The notes under the pieces: model-generated
Databases searched by the model: none
Told to the model about the DNA's origin: nothing
Seen by the model: only the letters and a program-made list of their open reading frames with translations
Program-made: the position numbers and the translations under genes
Shown: one piece after another, positions 34,277 through 37,430 of the stretch
How the letters are laid out: every line of letters starts with the position of its first letter
How positions within the stretch are numbered: the first letter of the stretch is position 1
Virus record (IMG/VR): IMGVR_UViG_3300033475_000094
Span: 1 to 37,430 of that record
DNA: 37,430 nucleotides
Reading direction: 5' to 3' (one strand)
DNA from: a virus
Taxonomy: Duplodnaviria; Caudoviricetes

Positions 34277-34483
34277 TTATGTGGTGTCAACAGTATTGGC
34301 ACCAGGAAACCATCGTGCAACAAGCTGAGCATCCGTCTCGCCTGGTTTAACAGGCCATTGATAATATAGACCAACACATTGCTTGCAATTGGCCCGTGGC
34401 TTAAAGAAAAAATTGCAAAAGGGATGATGTCGTTCCAACTCATGTGGCTGGAACAGTGGTGTACCATCTTCAGAATATATCAT
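34277..34483 (-). CDS. HH..CN..C..C motif protein
   Basis: RHHPFCNFFFKPRANCKQC, similar to 33723..33998; ATGA coupling. Confidence 0.6.
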   Translation of the reverse strand: MIYSEDGTPLFQPHELERHHPFCNFFFKPRANCKQCVGLYYQWPVKPGETDAQLVARWFPGANTVDTT

Positions 34484-34688
34484 TCAAGCCCACCATATGA
34501 TTTCTTGACGATTGCAATCTGTTCTTCATCAGGATGCCAATGTGGACAATGTCTGCCACGCCATCCCAAAAATAAACAGCCATTACGACGACCCTTGTCA
34601 TCTGTGCCCCAATAACAATCGTTGCGAGCAGGAGGATTATCCCGATCGCAACGACCATAATGATCAAGCAGATGCTCGTGGAGATCGG

Positions 34689-35066
34689 TCACACAACCGA
34701 CCAATCAACGATACCCTTCTCCAGAAAATTACGAAGGACTGTCGCCGCTTCCTGTGGCGTATAGGCCTTCCGTTTGCCATTGCCGTGCCACGGAAAAAAC
34801 AGATTACCACCCACTGCAATATTTTGCACTCGGCAGAGTTTCATGGCCAGACCGGCGATGCAGTAATAACGGGTCCCGAACGTATTTACTCGTTCATAAA
34901 CCCGCATGTCAAAATATTCGCCGGCATTCCAGGGCAGGAGATTGGTATACCAACGTCTCTGTTTCAGACGACCACCCTCGAGCTCTCGCAGAGTAACGAT
35001 CAGGGCGACGTAATCGTCATAGCTCAGCCCCAACTCACGACACGGTTTGAATGTTGACTTCAACAT
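34689..35066 (-). CDS. Cys-motif paralog family member
   Basis: ELGLS..Y.AL..TL..L..G, FDM, YCIAG, LFFPW, A..L.NFLE.G..DW. Confidence 0.75.
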   Translation of the reverse strand: MLKSTFKPCRELGLSYDDYVALIVTLRELEGGRLKQRRWYTNLLPWNAGEYFDMRVYERVNTFGTRYYCIAGLAMKLCRVQNIAVGGNLFFPWHGNGKRKAYTPQEAATVLRNFLEKGIVDWSVV

Positions 35067-35072
35067 TGCGGA

Positions 35073-35306
35073 TCATTCCTCGTTAAATTTGCTGCCGATC
35101 AACTGATATGCAGCCATCATAGCCTGGGCGGCCTTTTCGCAGGCCGCCTTCACGTCAGGAAACTCTGCACAGCAACGAGAATCGACCACATGACGATCCC
35201 AGGTATCCTGAAGTACATGGGCCGTATGCAGCGCTTCGTGAGTATATCCTCCGTTATAATCGTCCGTGGTTTCGGTGGACTTAATTGACGTTTCTTCGGT
35301 GGGCAT
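35073..35306 (-). CDS. hypothetical protein
   Basis: Follows terminator-embedded promoter 35343-35371. Confidence 0.65.
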   Translation of the reverse strand: MPTEETSIKSTETTDDYNGGYTHEALHTAHVLQDTWDRHVVDSRCCAEFPDVKAACEKAAQAMMAAYQLIGSKFNEE

Positions 35307-35326
35307 GAACTGATTTCACCTCATAG

Positions 35327-35371
35327 AAAAGCGGTGTGTCTTATGGTACAAACACACCGCTCAGCAGTCAA
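35327..35371 (-). promoter_or_regulatory. terminator hairpin with embedded sigma70 promoter
   Basis: AGCGGTGTGT/ACACACCGCT plus UUUU; TTGACT-N17-TACCAT with the -10 in the loop. Confidence 0.6.
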
Positions 35372-35935
35372 TTAGTCTTCTTCGTCTTCCTTAGGAGTAT
35401 AGAACGACGGCCATTGCGCATCACCAGTTTCAAGATATGAGGCAAGTGCTTGGATCGCCTGTTCCTTTGTTATATCAGCACCATCAAACACCACACAATC
35501 GTAACGAGGATCATCCCATGGATAGAAAAGAAGATGTAGCTGATTCATAGAGTCGCTGGTTGCCTCTTCATCATAATACTCGCAATCTTCAAACAGATGC
35601 TTTTCATCCATAATATATTCAGCAGTACCACCGATGCAACAAACGGAGCCGCAATTTTCAGTATATGATCGGTAATTGCTATTTTCATCATAATAACCTC
35701 TATGATAAGTGTGATATCCCAGACTTTTTGCGGTTTGCTTTGCGACAATATCAGTCTTGAATGCAGTACTTTGCCACGTGCTCATGTTGAAAAAAATCTG
35801 GGCACCAAGCTTGTCATCAGGCACCATATAGGTATCTTCAATATGCACAATGGTTCCTGCCTTAAGGGCAGCAAGGGTCGCATGGAGACCCTTGTATTGT
35901 TTGTCGTTTAATCCAAGTTGTTCTTTAGTCAGCAT
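35372..35935 (-). CDS. Cys-motif paralog family member
   Basis: LGL..Q..LH.TLAALKAG, FNM..W, CGSVCCIGGTAE, LFYPW, AIQAL..YLETGD..WP. Confidence 0.85.
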   Translation of the reverse strand: MLTKEQLGLNDKQYKGLHATLAALKAGTIVHIEDTYMVPDDKLGAQIFFNMSTWQSTAFKTDIVAKQTAKSLGYHTYHRGYYDENSNYRSYTENCGSVCCIGGTAEYIMDEKHLFEDCEYYDEEATSDSMNQLHLLFYPWDDPRYDCVVFDGADITKEQAIQALASYLETGDAQWPSFYTPKEDEED

Positions 35936-36440
35936 TACGATAATCCTCAATCACTTGCGGCCAATTAGCATCGCCGGTTTCAAGATAGTTTGTGAGTGCC
36001 TGAATGGCATTAGGCAGTGTAAGTTCTACATCAACAGGACAGACGTCAAATCGTTGATCATTCCATGGATAAAAGAGATAATAAAGACGACGGTTTTTTG
36101 CGGCTACTTCACTCCGACCATAAGTGTTCGTAATATTCGGCTCGAATAGATTAGTGGTATTGGTGATATATTCGGCAGTACCACCGATGCAACAAACGGA
36201 GCCGCAATGTTTGTTGTCAGTATATGCATGCGTCTCTTCTCCATATTCCTCTTCTTTAGTGGAGAAGATGTCATCATTCCACGCCAACATGTTGAACATG
36301 AGAAGATTTGTCTCGTCGGTTTCAATAGGATCTTCCCATTCCTCAAGATGCTTAATTTTTCCTGCTTTCAGGGCAGCGAGTGTGCTGTGGAGAGCGCCGT
36401 ATTGCTGGTCACTCAGACCAAGTTCAGTTGCAGTTTTCAT
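35925..36440 (-). CDS. Cys-motif paralog family member
   Basis: Same motif series; start 36440 (or TTG 36455). Confidence 0.85.
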   Translation of the reverse strand: MKTATELGLSDQQYGALHSTLAALKAGKIKHLEEWEDPIETDETNLLMFNMLAWNDDIFSTKEEEYGEETHAYTDNKHCGSVCCIGGTAEYITNTTNLFEPNITNTYGRSEVAAKNRRLYYLFYPWNDQRFDVCPVDVELTLPNAIQALTNYLETGDANWPQVIEDYRNAD

Positions 36441-36445
36441 TTTAT

Positions 36446-36925
36446 TTAAATCCAATCAGATTTGCCAGCATATATGCTCGGCCATTGTGAATCGCCGGTT
36501 TCAAGATAATTTGTGAGTGCCTGAATGGCTTGCTCAAGTGTAATGCCATTACCATCAATGGTGTGATGATTGTCATCATATAACGGATGTTCCCATGGAA
36601 AAAAGAGATATCTTAAATTTTTGATTTTATCATTATCACCATGATAAAACCGAATATTTTCAAAGAGGGTTCTGCCAGCAATAAACTCAGCAGTACCGCC
36701 AATACAGCAGACCGAGCCACAATGATTATCGTAGTCTTCTCCACCGTAGATCGAATCGTTCCAGGAATCCATATTGAAGAACAATCTCTTAGGATCATCA
36801 GGCAGAATATCTGTATTAGCATTCTCATCTAGATGAACGATTGTGCCAGCCTTTAGTGCTGCAAGGGTGCTATGTAAAGCAGAGAATTGTTCGGCAGATA
36901 GGCCGAGCTCGTCAGCAGTTTTCAA
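36446..36925 (-). CDS. Cys-motif paralog family member
   Basis: Same motif series; GGAG before TTG start. Confidence 0.85.
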   Translation of the reverse strand: MKTADELGLSAEQFSALHSTLAALKAGTIVHLDENANTDILPDDPKRLFFNMDSWNDSIYGGEDYDNHCGSVCCIGGTAEFIAGRTLFENIRFYHGDNDKIKNLRYLFFPWEHPLYDDNHHTIDGNGITLEQAIQALTNYLETGDSQWPSIYAGKSDWI

Positions 36926-36970
36926 AACATTAACTCCAAAATATCTAAATTCAATATGGGTATTAGAACA

Positions 36971-36977
36971 TATTTAG
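36971..36977 (-). promoter_or_regulatory. possible late promoter (CTAAATA) for the paralog array
   Basis: Same core as upstream of gp6/gp25, just after a terminator. Confidence 0.45.
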
Positions 36978-36994
36978 TCAGGAATTTCAATAAT

Positions 36995-37136
36995 AAAAAA
37001 AGGGCCGCTCCCAAAGAAGCGGCCCAAGGCTAGGGAGGAAACGCCCAAGGAGGGTAACAGAAGATTACAAGAACAGACGTCCACAACAAACAAAGGACTA
37101 TGGGAACTTGTAACCAACCAGTACGTCCCAACGGAC
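36995..37136 (-). ncRNA. candidate trans-acting sRNA (sRNA-C) with anti-leader loop and several anti-SD motifs
   Basis: Promoter TTGACG-N17-TATATT (37143-37171), terminator GGGCCGCUUC/GGAGCGGCCC-U7, loop UCCUUUGUUUGUU, plus CCCUCCUU, UUCCUCCC and GUUCCC. Confidence 0.7.
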
Positions 37137-37167
37137 AATCGCAATATAGACGATTGGTGTTTGGGCG

Positions 37168-37359
37168 TCAATGCATATAAATGGCACAACCGAAGATAAT
37201 TCCCATTGCGATGATTGGACCCCAGGCCGCTAGTCTATACACATTCATTCGCATGTGATCCTCCTTTTTGTCATAGGAAACCCGCCACAGTCTGTCGGGA
37301 TCGAATCCATCGGATTCTCTGTGGCGGGTAGTTGCTATAAACCGGGCGATCCACAGCAA
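37168..37359 (-). CDS. small membrane protein (true start possibly at ATG 37254 after AAGGAGG)
   Basis: Hydrophobic C-terminal helix; strong RBS internal to the tracked ORF. Confidence 0.45.
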   Translation of the reverse strand: MLWIARFIATTRHRESDGFDPDRLWRVSYDKKEDHMRMNVYRLAAWGPIIAMGIIFGCAIYMH

Positions 37360-37430
37360 CTAAGAGGCATGTTAATAGATACAACTAATGGCGTCAAACA
37401 TAAAAAAGAGGCCGCTGGACTCGCGGCCAA

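Noticed and set aside
35372-36925. Diversity-generating retroelement TR/VR pairs
   Set aside because: No reverse transcriptase in the window, and the differences are indels and general divergence rather than adenine-specific
36974-37189. 71-aa minus-strand ORF
   Set aside because: Starts upstream of the promoter, runs through the terminator and has no RBS; an sRNA explains the region better

Overview
A 37.4-kb piece of a large T4-like (myovirus) phage genome. The host is probably an alphaproteobacterium; this is inferred from the TTGAC-N-GCTA-type sigma70 promoters, GC-rich early genes and PhaR-like boxes. 1-9.9 kb (minus strand, AT-rich) is the baseplate module: gp25, gp6, gp7-like, a gp9/10-N-terminus fibre protein, gp8-like and a truncated DUF4815/VrlC-like virion protein, with CTAAATA late promoters. 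10-29 kb is a GC-rich early region of about 60 small ORFs. At least 24 near-identical promoters (TTGAC[ATG]-N12-NTGCTA-like) occur in the window, 20 of them in 21.2-28.8 kb, and most feed a shared mRNA leader (ACCAACAAAGGAG..CCCAA(A)UG). 29-37.4 kb holds a TAXI-like periplasmic protein, a membrane protein, two aberrant tRNA or tRNA-like genes and a Cys-motif paralog expansion. Best candidate for a new system: two clear promoter-to-terminator small RNAs (9.1-9.2 kb and 37.0-37.1 kb) plus a weaker third (22.0-22.3 kb) carry seeds antisense to the shared early leader and Shine-Dalgarno, suggesting an sRNA-based global shut-off of the cassette array. Also notable are PhaR-consensus boxes upstream of early promoters, an unannotated 42-aa ArfA-like protein, a three-copy promoter-proximal RNA motif with covariation, and a small ORF carrying a gp23 capsid-like segment. 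All family assignments come from recognising motifs by eye; no database searches were run.
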